Positions 22,761-36,207 of a DNA stretch of 64,000 nt are shown here, piece by piece. Each line of letters opens with the position of its first letter. Within the stretch, counting starts at the first letter, position 1. The position numbers were made by a program, and so were the translations under genes. A model generated the notes under the pieces. That model ran no database searches, was not told where the DNA came from, and saw nothing but the letters and a program-made list of their open reading frames with translations. Origin of the DNA: an uncultured delta proteobacterium (GTDB taxonomy: Bacteria; Desulfobacterota; Binatia; UBA9968); assembly GCA_963847445.1 (NCBI GenBank), contig CAWJZV010000046.1, positions 352,001 to 416,000 of the forward strand. Reading direction: 5' to 3'.

Positions 22761-22770
22761 GGCAGTGGGA

Positions 22771-22854
22771 TTGGAGTGATGGAGTAGTGGAGTGTTGGAG
22801 TAATGGGGTTTGGATGTTGTCAACACTCCATTACTCCAATACTCCATCACTCCA
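22771..22854. repeat. Octamer-period inverted-repeat hairpin (same family as 9293)
   Basis: ggagtgat ggagtagt ggagtgtt ggagtaat / aacactcc attactcc aatactcc atcactcc. Confidence 0.85.
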
Positions 22855-22870
22855 GATTTTTTCGGCAGGC

Positions 22871-23197
22871 TCAGTCCAGATTCACATAGAGCCTGGTCCA
22901 ATCGATCGGCGTCGCCGTGTGGCCCTGGCCGGTGGTGTCTTCGGCGAGGAAAACATCGCCGGGATAAAAAGTCATGCTGCTGCCGTCACCGAGCCCGATC
23001 TTCACACTGCCCGTTAGCGTCACCACCCAGCGGCGTCTGGGGGCGCGATGGAAATTGACGATATGGGGGGCGAAGTCGTCGCGAAACAGATGGCTGGTGG
23101 CCGGCTTGGTGTCATTGAAGTAGGTCGCCTTGGCACTGTCCAACTGTTCGAAGTGAGATTGGCCGTCGGCGCCGGCGTAGAGTCGATAGAATTGCAT
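22871..23197 (-). CDS. Small cupin-like protein
   Basis: YAGADGQSHF, FHRAPRRRWVV and PGDVFLAEDTTGQGH. Confidence 0.75.
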   Translation of the reverse strand: MQFYRLYAGADGQSHFEQLDSAKATYFNDTKPATSHLFRDDFAPHIVNFHRAPRRRWVVTLTGSVKIGLGDGSSMTFYPGDVFLAEDTTGQGHTATPIDWTRLYVNLD

Positions 23198-23462
23198 CGC
23201 TAGCCTCCGCGGGGAATTTGCGCCATTTCTAGCATCAAATGGCGTTGGCTGCGCCAGCGCGGATAGTGGCAAACCTAAGTGAAGCGGGTGGCGAGTAATG
23301 CGAGTAATTGAATGTCAAAGGCTGGGTCCCGCGGCGACAACGGCACGATCGGCTCGCCGTTATCGCCGCAGGACGCGCGGATCAAACGCGTGTGAATGAC
23401 TGGAAGATGCCCCAGATGCTGTACAAAACGGTCAGTGCCGAGAATGCCCCAAACAGCCAGTT

Positions 23463-23909
23463 TCATTCCAAATCGGAAAATCTGCCATAAATTCTCTCCT
23501 CGAATAGTTGCGTTTCCAGCTGGTTGCCGAACGAGCAGGCAGCCGCAGTGGAACGGTTTATCAATGCTGTCGGAAAGCGAAACTCAGGAGAGAGTCGGTT
23601 TAGATCCGAAATGTCTGATTGAGTGTGACCATGGACGGTGAGTCGCAGCGATCGGCGTCTATTGGAGGTCCAGTGGGCCAGTCTCAGGATGGGTACGATG
23701 CAGGATGCCACCGAATCAAACCTCGGCGCGGCGGTGAACAGATTGCCGACACTGACGCCGTTGTCTTCGTCGACGATTTCGCTGGCGGTGGCGACAGGGT
23801 TGCTCCAAGGCGAGCTTGAGCCGGCGTCGCTCATGGCCGCGGCAATTCGCAAGGAGCTTGCCAAAAGCAGCGGCAGCAGCAGCGAGTAAATGATCAGCGA
23901 CTTGCGCAT
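23463..23909 (-). CDS. Hypothetical exported protein
   Basis: Signal-peptide-like N-terminus; no recognised domain. Confidence 0.35.
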   Translation of the reverse strand: MRKSLIIYSLLLPLLLASSLRIAAAMSDAGSSSPWSNPVATASEIVDEDNGVSVGNLFTAAPRFDSVASCIVPILRLAHWTSNRRRSLRLTVHGHTQSDISDLNRLSPEFRFPTALINRSTAAACSFGNQLETQLFEERIYGRFSDLE

Positions 23910-23979
23910 GGCTTATGCTCTACTGTAGCAGGCAGCGGTGGCCATGGCAACCGCGCTGATGGATTGTACCCGCTCGCGC

Positions 23980-25469
23980 TCACAGCGGCGTCACGCTCGA
24001 CGGCGGCTTGCGGTGCTTGGTCGCCTGCTCGTAGGCGTAGGCGAACTTGATCATGTTGCCATCGTCGTAGGGGCGGCCGAGAAAGGTGATGCCGGCGGGC
24101 AGGTTGTCGCGGGTGAATCCCGCCGGCACCGACCACCGACGGCACGTAGACCAAAAACGTATTGATATGGGGCGCGCCTTTTTGATCGACGTAGGGCGGA
24201 TTGACGCCGTCCTTGATCAACGTGGGCTGATGCTCCACGGCTTTGTGCACGATGGCGTCGAGGCGGTGCTCGGCCATGACTTGCAAAAGGTTGGTCATCA
24301 GTTCTTCGCGCGCTTTCAAGTATTCGTAGTTCGCGTCGTTGGAGGGCGCGCGCGACCAGCGTTCGCGCGAGCCTTTGACGACCTTCTGAAAGTCCGGCGA
24401 CTGCATCGCTTCCTGGCGCGACGCGTAGGGCGGTTTGCCGCTGCGGCCGAAGTATTCTCTAAAGGATTCCTCATCGTCGGCGAAGCTGCCGGCGCGTTTA
24501 GCCAAGAGCGCTTTCAGATTCGGGATGACGATCGGATCGACGATCGACCGCGCCGGCGGCCTTGAGATCGTTCACGGCTTTGTCGAACACCTCGGTGATC
24601 TTGGCGAAATCTTCCGAGCCAGGCTCGGCGTCATAGCCCATGGACTCGCGCAGAATGCCGATGCGCGCGCCTTTGAGGCCGTTGTGGTCGAGAAACTTTG
24701 TAAAGCTCTCCGGCATCCGGCCGACGCCGCGCGCGGTCACCGGATCGTCGGGGTCGTAGCCGACCATGTTGTCGAGCAGCTTGGCCAGGTCGGTCACCGT
24801 GCGCGCCATCGGACCCAGCGAGCCGTTGACCGAAGGCCAGCCGGCGTAGACGCCGCCGCGGCTCACCAGACCGGCAGTCGGGCGCATGCCGGAAACGCAG
24901 TTCCACGTCGATGGCCGGCGGATCGACGCGAAGCCTTCCTGGCCGACGGCGACCGTGCAAAAGTTTGCCGATACGCTGGCGCCCGAGCCGCCCGACGAGC
25001 CGCCGGCGGTGCGTTCGAGATCGTAGGGATTTTTCGTCGAGCCGAATAACGAACCATGGGTGTCGCCGCCGCCGAGTTCGCCGAGGGTCGCTTTGCCGAT
25101 GATGATGGCGCCGGCTTTCTTTGAGCTGGGCGACGACGAAGGCATCGCGGCCGGGATAGTAGTCTTTGAACAGCAAGGAGCCCAAGGTCGTCGGCATCGG
25201 CGTCGCGTCGCCTTGGTCCTTCATGACGATCGGTATGCCGTGCAGCGGTCCCACCGGCCCGGCAGATTTGTAGAGCCGCGTCGAGACGGTCGGCTTCTGT
25301 GAGCGCGTCGGGATTGAGTGAAATGATCGCATTGATCGCCGGGCCTTTTTTATCATAGGCCGTCAATGCGATCGAGATACATTTGCACTAGTTGACGGCA
25401 GGTCAGCTCGCCGGATTTGTAGGCGGCGTGAACCTGGTCGATGGTGGTTTCGAGAATGTTGAAAGCCAT
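23980..25469 (-). CDS. Amidase signature family protein (several frameshifts)
   Basis: GPLHGIPIVMKD, GGSSGGSG, EGFASIRRP and AYEQATKHRKPP. Confidence 0.85.
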
Positions 25470-25592
25470 GGCAAATCTCCCTTACGCTTAACTGCGAATA
25501 GCGATTTCATATGTCAGGGTCGAGTGAATGTCCAGTCGGTGATGGCAGTTTCAATCGCGGGTAAGACTCCAACGCGTGTGCCGGCCCTGTCG

Positions 25593-25671
25593 GTCATACC
25601 GTTGAAAGACGGTATCCATCTTCGTTGCCACCGCTTCCCCACACCCGGACGCCGACCTGCGCCGGCATGAG
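25593..25671. repeat. Degenerate REP-like palindrome pair
   Basis: gtcataccgttgaaagacggtatcca ... ggacgccgacctgcgccggcatga resembles the GTCATTCC..GGAATCCA / GGATCCC..GGGATGAC class. Confidence 0.45.
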
Positions 25672-26162
25672 TACGCCATGAGGGCGCTGCGTCAGCGCGG
25701 TGCAGGTCCGTGTCGGAGGAAAGTCACAACTCTGAAGGCGAAGGTATCTGAGTCGCCCCAGGGCGAGGTGGAGATCAACCGCAGGCGAACTGCCGGTCTG
25801 TAGGTGGAAGGACCGCATGTTGGTGGCGCTGGCTAACGACGTCCAAAGAGACGAGAGTTGTTTTGCTGCGCACGGATGGTTCACCATGATTGCAATCTGT
25901 GGACTGGCGCGCCAATCCCGATGAGGAAACCACCGAAAGGAGAGCCGCGTGCGGGAGAATCGCACGCACGGCAAAAAACCTCGATGCCCGCGTGCGCGGC
26001 ATGACGGAACAAATTTTCGCCTGACGCCGCTCCTCGCCTTACTCTACCCTAAGCTTGGTCGTAGCATCGAAGGGGCGAGGGATTTCAACCATCCCCAAGA
26101 GGGATCCTAATTCGCTGGATGGCTCTTCGAGAACATAAAAATCTACACTGTGGCAATCAATC

Positions 26163-27611
26163 TTATCCTGCCGCTTCTAGTTTTTCGCGCAGGATTTCAT
26201 TGACCTTTTGCGGGTTGGCTTTGCCCTGGGTGGCTTTCATGATCTGGCCGACCAGAAAGCCGAAGACTTTGTCGTTACCCGCGCGGTATTGTTCGACTTG
26301 CTTGGCATTGGCCGCGAGCACTTGATCGACGGCGGCTTCGATACTCCCCAAGTCCGACACTTGTTCCAGACCCTTTTCACTGACGATCTGCTGCGGCGTT
26401 TTGCCGCCATCCAGCAGCGCTTCGAAGACGCTCTTGGCGATCTTACCGTTGATCTTGCCCTGATCGATCAGTTGCACCAGCTCGGCTAAATGCTGCGCCG
26501 GGATTGGCCAGTTCTCGATATAGAGCTGGTCGTCGAGCTTGCGCTCCTTGAGCACCCGGAACAGATCACCGACGATCCAGTTGCTCAGCGCCTTGGCGTT
26601 GCTGTGAGTTTTTACCGCGCTGTCGAAATAGTCGGCGACGTCCTTGCGGCTGGTGAGCAGCTCGGCGTCGTAGGGCTGCAGGCCGTAGGCGCTGACAAAA
26701 CGGTTCTTGCGCGCCGCCGGCAGTTCCGGCAGCTCGGCGCGGATCTCGTCGATCCAACTCTCGGGGATCACCAACGGCAGCAGATCGGGATCGGGGAAGT
26801 AGCGATAATCGTGCGCCGATTCTTTCGAACGCATGGAGCGGGTTTCCTCGCGATGTTCGTCCCACAGGCGGGTTTCTTGAACTAACGTGCCGCCGTCGCC
26901 CAGCGTCTCGCTCTGCCGTTGGATCTCATATTTCAGCGCCCGTTCGACGGCGCGGAAAGAATTCAGATTCTTGATTTCGATCTTGGTGCCCAAAGTTTCC
27001 GTGCCGGCGGGTCGGATGGAAACATTGGCGTCGCAGCGGAAACTGCCTTCTTCCATGTTGCCGTCGCAGACGCCCAGGTATTGGAGCGTCGCTCGCAGCG
27101 CGCGCAGATAAGCGCCGGCTTCTTCGGTGGTGCGCAGGTCGGGTTCGCTGACGATTTCCAACAGCGGCACGCCGGCACGATTCAAATCGACCAGACTCGA
27201 GTCGCCATGGGCGTCATGGATATTTTTGCCGGCGTCTTCTTCCATGTGAATGCGCGTCAGGCGCACCCTTTTGGTTGCGCCGTTCAACTCGAAATCGACA
27301 TGACCGTCGCGGCAAACCGGCAACTCGTACTGGCTGATCTGGTAGCCCTTGGGCAAGTCCGGATAAAAATAATTTTTCCGCGCGAGAATGCTCGATCGGG
27401 TTATTTGGCAATGGGTCGCCAGACCGGCTTTGATGGCGAACTCGACGACTTTTTTATTGAGCACCGGCAGCACGCCGGGAAAGCCGCAGCAGACTGGGCA
27501 GGTGTTGGCGTTGGGTTCGCGGCCGAACTGGGTCGAGCAGCCGCAGAAGATCTTTGACGCGGTGAGCAGCTGGGCATGGACTTCCAGGCCGATGACGGGC
27601 TCGTATTTCAT
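26163..27611 (-). CDS. gatB: Asp/Glu-tRNA amidotransferase subunit B
   Basis: [30 protein letters not shown] and [12 protein letters not shown]. Confidence 0.97.
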   Translation of the reverse strand: MKYEPVIGLEVHAQLLTASKIFCGCSTQFGREPNANTCPVCCGFPGVLPVLNKKVVEFAIKAGLATHCQITRSSILARKNYFYPDLPKGYQISQYELPVCRDGHVDFELNGATKRVRLTRIHMEEDAGKNIHDAHGDSSLVDLNRAGVPLLEIVSEPDLRTTEEAGAYLRALRATLQYLGVCDGNMEEGSFRCDANVSIRPAGTETLGTKIEIKNLNSFRAVERALKYEIQRQSETLGDGGTLVQETRLWDEHREETRSMRSKESAHDYRYFPDPDLLPLVIPESWIDEIRAELPELPAARKNRFVSAYGLQPYDAELLTSRKDVADYFDSAVKTHSNAKALSNWIVGDLFRVLKERKLDDQLYIENWPIPAQHLAELVQLIDQGKINGKIAKSVFEALLDGGKTPQQIVSEKGLEQVSDLGSIEAAVDQVLAANAKQVEQYRAGNDKVFGFLVGQIMKATQGKANPQKVNEILREKLEAAG

Positions 27612-27624
27612 GGGTTCAATCCGT

Positions 27625-27681
27625 CGAGGATCGAAGATCGACGATGGATGATGGCGATCCTCGATCATCTAGCCTCCATCC
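27625..27681. repeat. Heptamer-period hairpin at the gatA/gatB junction
   Basis: cgaggat cgaagat cgacgat ggatgat / gatcctc gatcatc tagcctc catcc. Confidence 0.6.
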
Positions 27682-29132
27682 GCGGCTTTTTTAAGTGCCA
27701 CTCGGTCGCCTGTTCGTAGGCGTACGCGGTTCGCAATACGGTGGCTTCGTCGAAATGTTTGCCGACGATCTGCAATCCGATCGGCATGCCGTCGCCGTCA
27801 AAGCCGCAGGGCAGCGATAGCGCTGGCAGGCCCGCCAGATTGATCGAGATCGTGTAGATGTCGGACAGATACATTTGCAAGGGGTCATTGATCTTTTCGC
27901 CGATCTTGAATGCCGTGGTCGGCGCGGTCGGCGTGACGATCGCATCGCAACGTTTAAAGGTTGCGTCGAAATCTTGCTTGATCAGTGTGCGCACACGCTG
28001 GGCCTTTAGATAATAAGCGTCGTAATAACCCGCCGAAAGCACATAGGTGCCGAGCATGATGCGCCGCTTTACTTCCGAGCCGAAGCCTTCGTCGCGGCTA
28101 ATCATGTAGGTCTCGGTGAGGTCCTTGGCGTCGGCGCGGTGGCCGAAGCGCATGCCGTCGTAACGCGCCAGGTTTGAACTCGCCTCGGCGGTGGCGACGA
28201 CGTAATAGACGGCGACGGCGTATTCGGTGTGCGGTAGCGAGATCTCTTCGATCTTGGCGCCGTTCTTCTCCAGTTGGCGGATTGCCGCCCGGACTGATTG
28301 CTCAACCTCGGGCTGCATGCCGCTGACGAAGTATTCCTTGGGCACGCCGAGCCGCAGGCCTTTAACCTCGCCATTCAACGCAGTGCTATAATCGGGAACG
28401 GAGCGGTTCGACGAGGTGGAATCGGCAGGATCGTGGCCGGCGAGCGCTTGCAGCAGCAGCGCCGCATCGCGCACGTCTTTGGTGATCGGACCGACTTGGT
28501 CCATGGACGAGGCGAAGGCGATGATGCCGTAACGGCTGACCCGGCCGTAGGTCGGTTTCAAGCCGACCACGCCGCAGCAAGCGGCGGGTTGGCGGATCGA
28601 GCCGCCGGTGTCGGTGCCGACGGCGGCGATGCACTGGTCGGCGGCGACAGCGGCGGCCGAGCCGCCGGAGGAACCGCCGGGGATGCGTTCGAGATTCCAC
28701 GGATTGCGCGTCGGAAAAAATCCCGAGTTCTCCGCCGAGGAGCCCATGGCAAACTCGTCAAGATTGGTCTTGCCGACGATGACGGCGCCGGCGTCGCGCA
28801 GTTTTGCGATCGGTCGTGGCGTCGTAGGGCGGCATGAAGTCGCGCAAAATTTTCGACGCGCAGGTGGTGCGCAGCCCGCGGGTGAGAAAGTTATCTTTGA
28901 CCGCGATCGGTATGCCCAATAGCGGCGACGCTTGCGGCTCGCTGCGCAGACGCGCGTCGGCTTGCTGCGCCTGCTCGACGGCGCTCTCACGGTCCAAAGT
29001 GAGATAGGCGTGGACTTTGTCGTCGGTGGCGTCAATCCGTTGAAACACCGCGCCGGTGAGCTCGACGGCCGAGATCTCGCGGCGGCGCAGTTTCTCACTG
29101 GCATCGTGAAGTGTCAGCGCGGCAAGATTCAT
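27665..29132 (-). CDS. gatA: Asp/Glu-tRNA amidotransferase subunit A (frameshift near 28815)
   Basis: [31 protein letters not shown] and [11 protein letters not shown]. Confidence 0.96.
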
Positions 29133-29416
29133 TCGATGATTTTCGGAACCTTGAAGAAGGTTTCATCCCGATCCGGCGCGTTGGCCAGCAGCGCATCGGT
29201 GTTGGGCTGGTTCGTTACCTGGTCTTCGCGCAGGGCGGATAAATTGTCGATATCATGGTTAAACAACTCGACGTTTGCCGTGTCGAGCTCGTTGAGCTTG
29301 TCCATGTAGGCCAGTATATGATCGAGCTGCCCGGTGAATTCGCTTTCTTCCTCCGCGGTCAGGCGGAGGCGCGCCAGCATTGCCACCCGTTGCACCGATT
29401 CGCGGGTCAATTTCAT
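29129..29416 (-). CDS. gatC: Asp/Glu-tRNA amidotransferase subunit C
   Basis: VAMLARL, LREDQV and FKVPKIIE. Confidence 0.95.
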   Translation of the reverse strand: MKLTRESVQRVAMLARLRLTAEEESEFTGQLDHILAYMDKLNELDTANVELFNHDIDNLSALREDQVTNQPNTDALLANAPDRDETFFKVPKIIE

Positions 29417-29531
29417 GAAAATTTTTTACCATAGGGTGCTCGCCATTGCCACTCGGCTGGGCTCGTCATTGTTGGGGCTGTGCGCGAAAATTATTTGCAG
29501 TTACCGAGGGTTCGGGCTAAAACTGAAACCT

Positions 29532-30227
29532 ATGAACAGCTCCGAGTGTGACTTGGGTGTGAGCAATGGGTTGGGGTTTCGGCGATTCGAAGCTGACGCT
29601 TTGATGCATGGCTTCAATGCGGTGGCCGGCGTCGATGAAGTCGGCCGCGGGCCGCTCGCGGGTCCGGTGGTCGCGGCGGCGGTGATATTGCCCCACGGTT
29701 TCACTCATCCAGAGATCAAAGACTCGAAGCAGCTCAGCGCCAAACAGCGCGAGAAATTGGCGCCGATCATTCAACAGGCGGCCGTGAGTTGGGCGCTGGG
29801 TATTATCGACGTCGATGGCATTGACCGCTTGAATATTCTGCGCGCCAGCTTGACCGCCATGGCGCAAGCGCTGCAAGGTCTGACGTCTATGCCGGATTGT
29901 GTGCTCATCGACGGCAACCAGAAGATTCCGCTGGAGCTCTTCGCCGAGTTCGGTTCCATCGCGGCGCAGCCGCTGTACCAGCAGACCATCGTCAAGGGCG
30001 ATCAGTTTTGTCTGTCCATCGCCGCGGCGTCGATTGTCGCCAAAGTGGCGCGCGACCAGATAATGGTCGATTTCGACAAACAGTATCCCGACTATGGTTT
30101 TGCCGGCCACAAAGGGTATGGTAGCGCGGCGCATCTGGCGGCGCTGCAACGTTACGGTCCGACGCCGATCCATCGGCGCAGCTTCAAGCCGGTGCGCGAT
30201 TTGCTGGCAATCGCTCAGGAGGATTAA
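29532..30227 (+). CDS. rnhB: Ribonuclease HII
   Basis: GVDEVGRGPLAGPV, DSKQL, SIAAASIVAKVARD and HRRSF. Confidence 0.95.
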   Translation: MNSSECDLGVSNGLGFRRFEADALMHGFNAVAGVDEVGRGPLAGPVVAAAVILPHGFTHPEIKDSKQLSAKQREKLAPIIQQAAVSWALGIIDVDGIDRLNILRASLTAMAQALQGLTSMPDCVLIDGNQKIPLELFAEFGSIAAQPLYQQTIVKGDQFCLSIAAASIVAKVARDQIMVDFDKQYPDYGFAGHKGYGSAAHLAALQRYGPTPIHRRSFKPVRDLLAIAQED

Positions 30228-30254
30228 CTTGAGCGCTTTTCGGGTGCAGCAGCC

Positions 30255-31902
<1,648 letters not shown>

Positions 31903-32194
31903 GTTTCGCGATGCCAGTTTAATCGAGGCCCGTCAGTGAAGCGAGTTCGCTCATGAACTGCGAATTTGCTGAGCTGCTGCAATTGCCTTCTGGTACAGTG
32001 GTTCAAAAGGCATCGCGTTGATCCGGTCTGATTGACCTCCTCAGGCGGCTTCGGCTCTGGAATTCGAAATATGTTCTTGCGATCTAGTGGATTCTCGGGC
32101 TGATCTGGCGCGAAAGTCCTCGACTGATACGATTCGTGGTGACGCTAGAATAATTCTGTGCGTTGTTCTGCGCTGAGACGGCGGCGTTAGTTAG

Positions 32195-32602
32195 ATGGCG
32201 AAATTATTTCTCGCAACTCTATGCGACGATGTCCGCGAGGAGAAGAGCGGCAAATTCAGTCTCATGGGGCTGTTCGACCGCTTTATCGTCGGCGATTTCC
32301 GCGCGCCGTTGCCGGTCTTTTGGCTGTTCGTGCAAATCGGTTGCGACACCGAGGGCGAGCATGAACTGACCGTGGAGTTTCGCCAGATTGGCGGCGCGTC
32401 AGTACTTCGCGCCGATCTCAAGCATGGCATCGCCGGCAAAAGCAGCATCACTGGCCTATGCCATGCCAATGTCAATCTGCGCTTGGAGCATGTGACCGTG
32501 CCGGGCGCCGGCATTTACGAATTTACGTTAAGCAGCGATGGCCTTGAGATTGGTGCGTTGCCTGTTGAAGTGGCCCAAGCGCAATCACGGGTTGTCCATT
32601 GA
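32195..32602 (+). CDS. DUF6941-like protein
   Basis: LCDDVREEKSGKFSLMGLFD and PGAGIYEF. Confidence 0.7.
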   Translation: MAKLFLATLCDDVREEKSGKFSLMGLFDRFIVGDFRAPLPVFWLFVQIGCDTEGEHELTVEFRQIGGASVLRADLKHGIAGKSSITGLCHANVNLRLEHVTVPGAGIYEFTLSSDGLEIGALPVEVAQAQSRVVH

Positions 32603-33135
32603 GACCGGGCGAGGAGTTGCGGCACTACTTGGCGCGAAGAATCCGATGCCCAGTTGCTGCCTTCGGAAGCAAAAAATCGCGCCAAACCGGAGGAGACGGG
32701 GAGTACCCGTGGTTACGAAGGAGTCGGTGGCCAGGCGCTTGAGGTCGGCCGGCCTGGCAATCTAACCGCCCGTTGAACCAACGGCAGATTGCGCTTGTCA
32801 CCGCATCGCGTGGTCAATCCCACTGGCCCCGCTGCTATCAATCAACGCTACCCCTTTTGCTGTTCCACAGCGCCAATCCCGCTGCGGTCGTCTCTTGCTT
32901 GGAACCTTGCCAAGGTCACGGGAATCCGCCGCAGTTCGCACCGATCACCGCTGCCGAGCCTTTGCGCGCGGGCGGAAGCGAGCCGAAGGCATGGGTACTG
33001 AACTGCTCTCTCCTTTGGCGATCGGCGGTGGCGGCTATGAGTACTCGGCTGCGCGTGGCATTTTCGCTATTGCAGCCGGGTGGTTGGCAGAATCGGCGGT
33101 TATCAGATTTCATCTGACTCTTGCATCGCCTCGAA

Positions 33136-33151
33136 CGGCATTGTGATTGCT
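33136..33151 (+). promoter_or_regulatory. Candidate sigma-54 promoter upstream of the NRPS cluster
   Basis: cGGCAttgtgaTTGCt with exact GG-N10-GC spacing. Confidence 0.4.
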
Positions 33152-33410
33152 TCAAGCACTGGGTCTAAGATTCACAATTTAGGATGGGAAATGCGGTTTT
33201 TGGACCGACTGCGCCAAGTGTAGACCCGTATCCTTGTTATCACTGATGTTAAGCACCCCTAGGTGGAGCTTATTAGTGCGTCGATCGCGGATTTTTGAGT
33301 ATTAAAATGGGCGATCCCGAGTTAACCGAAGCGGCATCGAGGTCGGCCGACGCGACAAAGCCTCTGCCGACTGAAGAAATTGCGCCAAAGCGCGAGGAAA
33401 ACTGACAAAA

Positions 33411-34277
33411 ATGTCAAATCCACTGGAGAACCTGCAGCCGGAGCAGGCAGTGGTCCCAGATAGCGCTTTTCGTCCGACGGAGATCTTCGCCGAGGTTGCA
33501 AAAGATCAGATCGACCAGTCGACTCCCGCCTGTTTTGAGAAGATCGTGCGGATGTACCCGAATCGGCTAGCGCTCAAGGTGGGCGACCATGCGCTTACTT
33601 GCCACTGACCAAAGGTAAATTGGACCGAACCGCATTGCCTCGAGCCGATCACCAACGACCTAACTTGGAGCAAATCTACGTTCCGCCTCGGGATGAGTTT
33701 GAAATAGAGCTAGCTAGGATATGGACTGAGGTTTTAGGCATTGACACGGTCGGTCTCCATGATAATTTCTTCGATCTCGGCGGCCATTCCCTGGCAGCAT
33801 CACGGGTGATCTGCGGGTCATTCAAACATTTCAGCTGGAACTGCCGGTTAAAGCGCTCTTCGATGCGCCGACGGTGGCCGAGATGGCGAAAGTTATTTTG
33901 CAACACCAAGCCGAAAAGGCGGGCGAAAAGAAACTGGCGTCGATCCGACGACGGAAGTTGAGAGTAAACTAGCTGCGATTTGGGAGGATGTGTTATCACT
34001 TGATCGAGTCGGCGTTAACGACAACTTTTTCGATCTAGGCGGTCATTCGCTGGCAGCGACTCGGGTGGTTTCTCAGGTCATTAAGCAATTCCAATTAGTG
34101 CTGCCGCTTCTCTCATTGTTCCAGTCGCCCACGGTTGCCGAGATGGCGACGGTAGTTACCGAGCATCAGGGAAACCTGTTAGGTAAGGAAGAGCTTGAGC
34201 GCTTGTTGGGCGAATTAGAGTCGATGTCGGACGAGGAAGCGCAACAGTTGGTGGCCAAGGAAACGGTTAAGGGATGA
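33411..34277 (+). pseudogene. Internally deleted A-domain remnant followed by two PCP domains and a C-terminal docking helix
   Basis: A-domain N-terminus (FEKIVRMYP...ALT) joined to A10 LPLTKGKLDR; two FFDLGGHSL motifs. Confidence 0.65.
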
Positions 34278-34373
34278 GCGAGCAAAAGCTTTTGCCGATG
34301 TCACTCAATCGTTGTCGTATGGGTGCTTCGAAACAAACGACCGACTACGGCTCGTACTAGCCAAGTAAAAAGC

Positions 34374-36172
34374 ATGAATGACCGAAAAGCCGACACGATC
34401 TATGAACTGCTCAAAGCACGGGCTGAGCACGCTCCTGAAGCTGTAGCTATTCTCGCGCCTGGTCGGAGCGCTCTTACTTACCTCGGACTGCTCGTCAGGT
34501 CGAGCGAGGTTGCGCGATGCGTTGCATGGCAGAGGCGTGCAACATAGCGACTCGGTCGCCATCGTACTGCCCAACGGTCCCGAGATGGCGGTGACTTTTG
34601 TTGGGGTTGCCGCTAACGCCATATGTGCACCGCTGAATCCAGCCTACAGCCGTCGCGAGTTTGAGTTCTATCTCTCCGATCTCAAGCCAAAAGCGTTGAT
34701 TGTGCAATCGGGCATGAACTCCGCGGCCGTTGCCGTCGCTGAAGAGCGCGCGATTGCAATCATTGAGCTATCGTCAAAACCTGGGGCAGCCGATGGTGTC
34801 CTCGATTTGGGCGATAATCAACAGCGGGCGCCTTCTACTTTTAGTTTGCCCCAAGCAAACGATATTGCGCTGATTCTCCATACCTCAGGGACAACTTCCC
34901 GACCCAAGATGGTTCCGTTGACCCATGCCAATCTCATAGCCTCAGCCGGGAACATTGCCGCCACTTTGCGGCTGAGCGAAGCGGATCGCTGCCTCAACGT
35001 CATGCCGCTGTTTCACATCCACGGGCTGGTGGGCGCGCTGCTTTCATCGGTGATGGCGGGTGCCAGCGTGGTCTGCGCTTCGGGGTTCGATGAGCGAGCA
35101 GTTCTTCTCATGGCTCGAGGCTTTTCGTCCGACCTGGTACACGGCGGTGCCGACGATTCATCACGCTGTTGTCGATTACGCGCAAGCGGAGCCGATGGCG
35201 TTCAGCAATCACTCGCTCAGATTCATCCGATCTTCGTCTGCCGCGCTACCTGCACGGGTGATGCAGGGCTTAGAGGAATCGTTCCAGGTTCCTGTGATTG
35301 AGTCCTATGGCATGACCGAGGCGGCGCATCAGATGGCCAGCAGCCCGTTGCCGCCCGGTCAGCGCAAGGCCGGTTCGGTTGGACCGGCGGCGGGACCGGA
35401 AGTGTCGATTATGGATGAGACCGGCAATTTATTAACCGGCGGTGAAATTGGCGAAGTCGTGATTCGCGGTGCCAATGTCATGTCCGGCTATGGCAACAGC
35501 GAAGCCAACGCCGAAGCGTTTACACGGGGTTGGTTTAGGACGGGGGACCAGGGCTATCTCGACAAAGACGGTTATCTGTTCATTAGCGGGCGTCTCAAGG
35601 AAATCATTAACCGTGGAGGAGAAAAGATCTCGCCACGGGAAGTCGACGACGCGCTGTTGGCGCATTTCGCCGTCGCACAAGCGGTGACGTTTGGCGTGCC
35701 TCATCCGACTCTTGGCGAGGAAGTCGCGGCGGCGGTGGTACTGCGCCCGCAAGCGCGGGCGAGTGTGAATGAACTTAGACAATTTGTCGCGACCACACTG
35801 GCCGACTTCAAAGTGCCACGACAGATCGTTTTCGTCGACGCCATCCCACTGGGTGCCACCGGTAAAATTGCCCGCAACGGTTTGTCTGAGCAACTTGCCG
35901 ACCAGCTTAAATCCGAAAGCGGGGCGCCGCAGACTGATCTCCAACATGCGGTGGCGACTATTTTCGCCGAAGTTGTCGGTGTGGAACAAGTGGGCGCGAC
36001 CGATGACTTCTTCGATCTCGGCGGCGATTCGTTGCGCGCATTTCAAGTGATTAGCCGCATCCGAGCCAGGTTCGACGTCAATCTTTCCATTGCGACTGTC
36101 TTCGCCAAATCGACCGTCGCGGAGTTGGCTGATGAAATCGTCCGGGCACTGGGGGACACGGACAGCGGCTAG
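34374..36172 (+). CDS. Oxalate--CoA-ligase (AAE3/Pcs60)-like adenylation domain fused to a PCP (frameshifts)
   Basis: LHTSGTTSRPK, PLFHIHGL, TWYTAVPTIH, LRFIRSSSA, YGMTEAAHQM; C-terminal FFDLGGDSL. Confidence 0.8.
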
Positions 36173-36207
36173 ACCAAACCGCAGCATTTGCTCGGCGGGG
36201 AATAATC

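Noticed and set aside
25775-26002. 75-aa ORF downstream of gatB
   Set aside because: No recognisable features and several competing frames
32600-33400. Short ORFs upstream of the NRPS cluster
   Set aside because: No convincing RBS or motif; treated as intergenic
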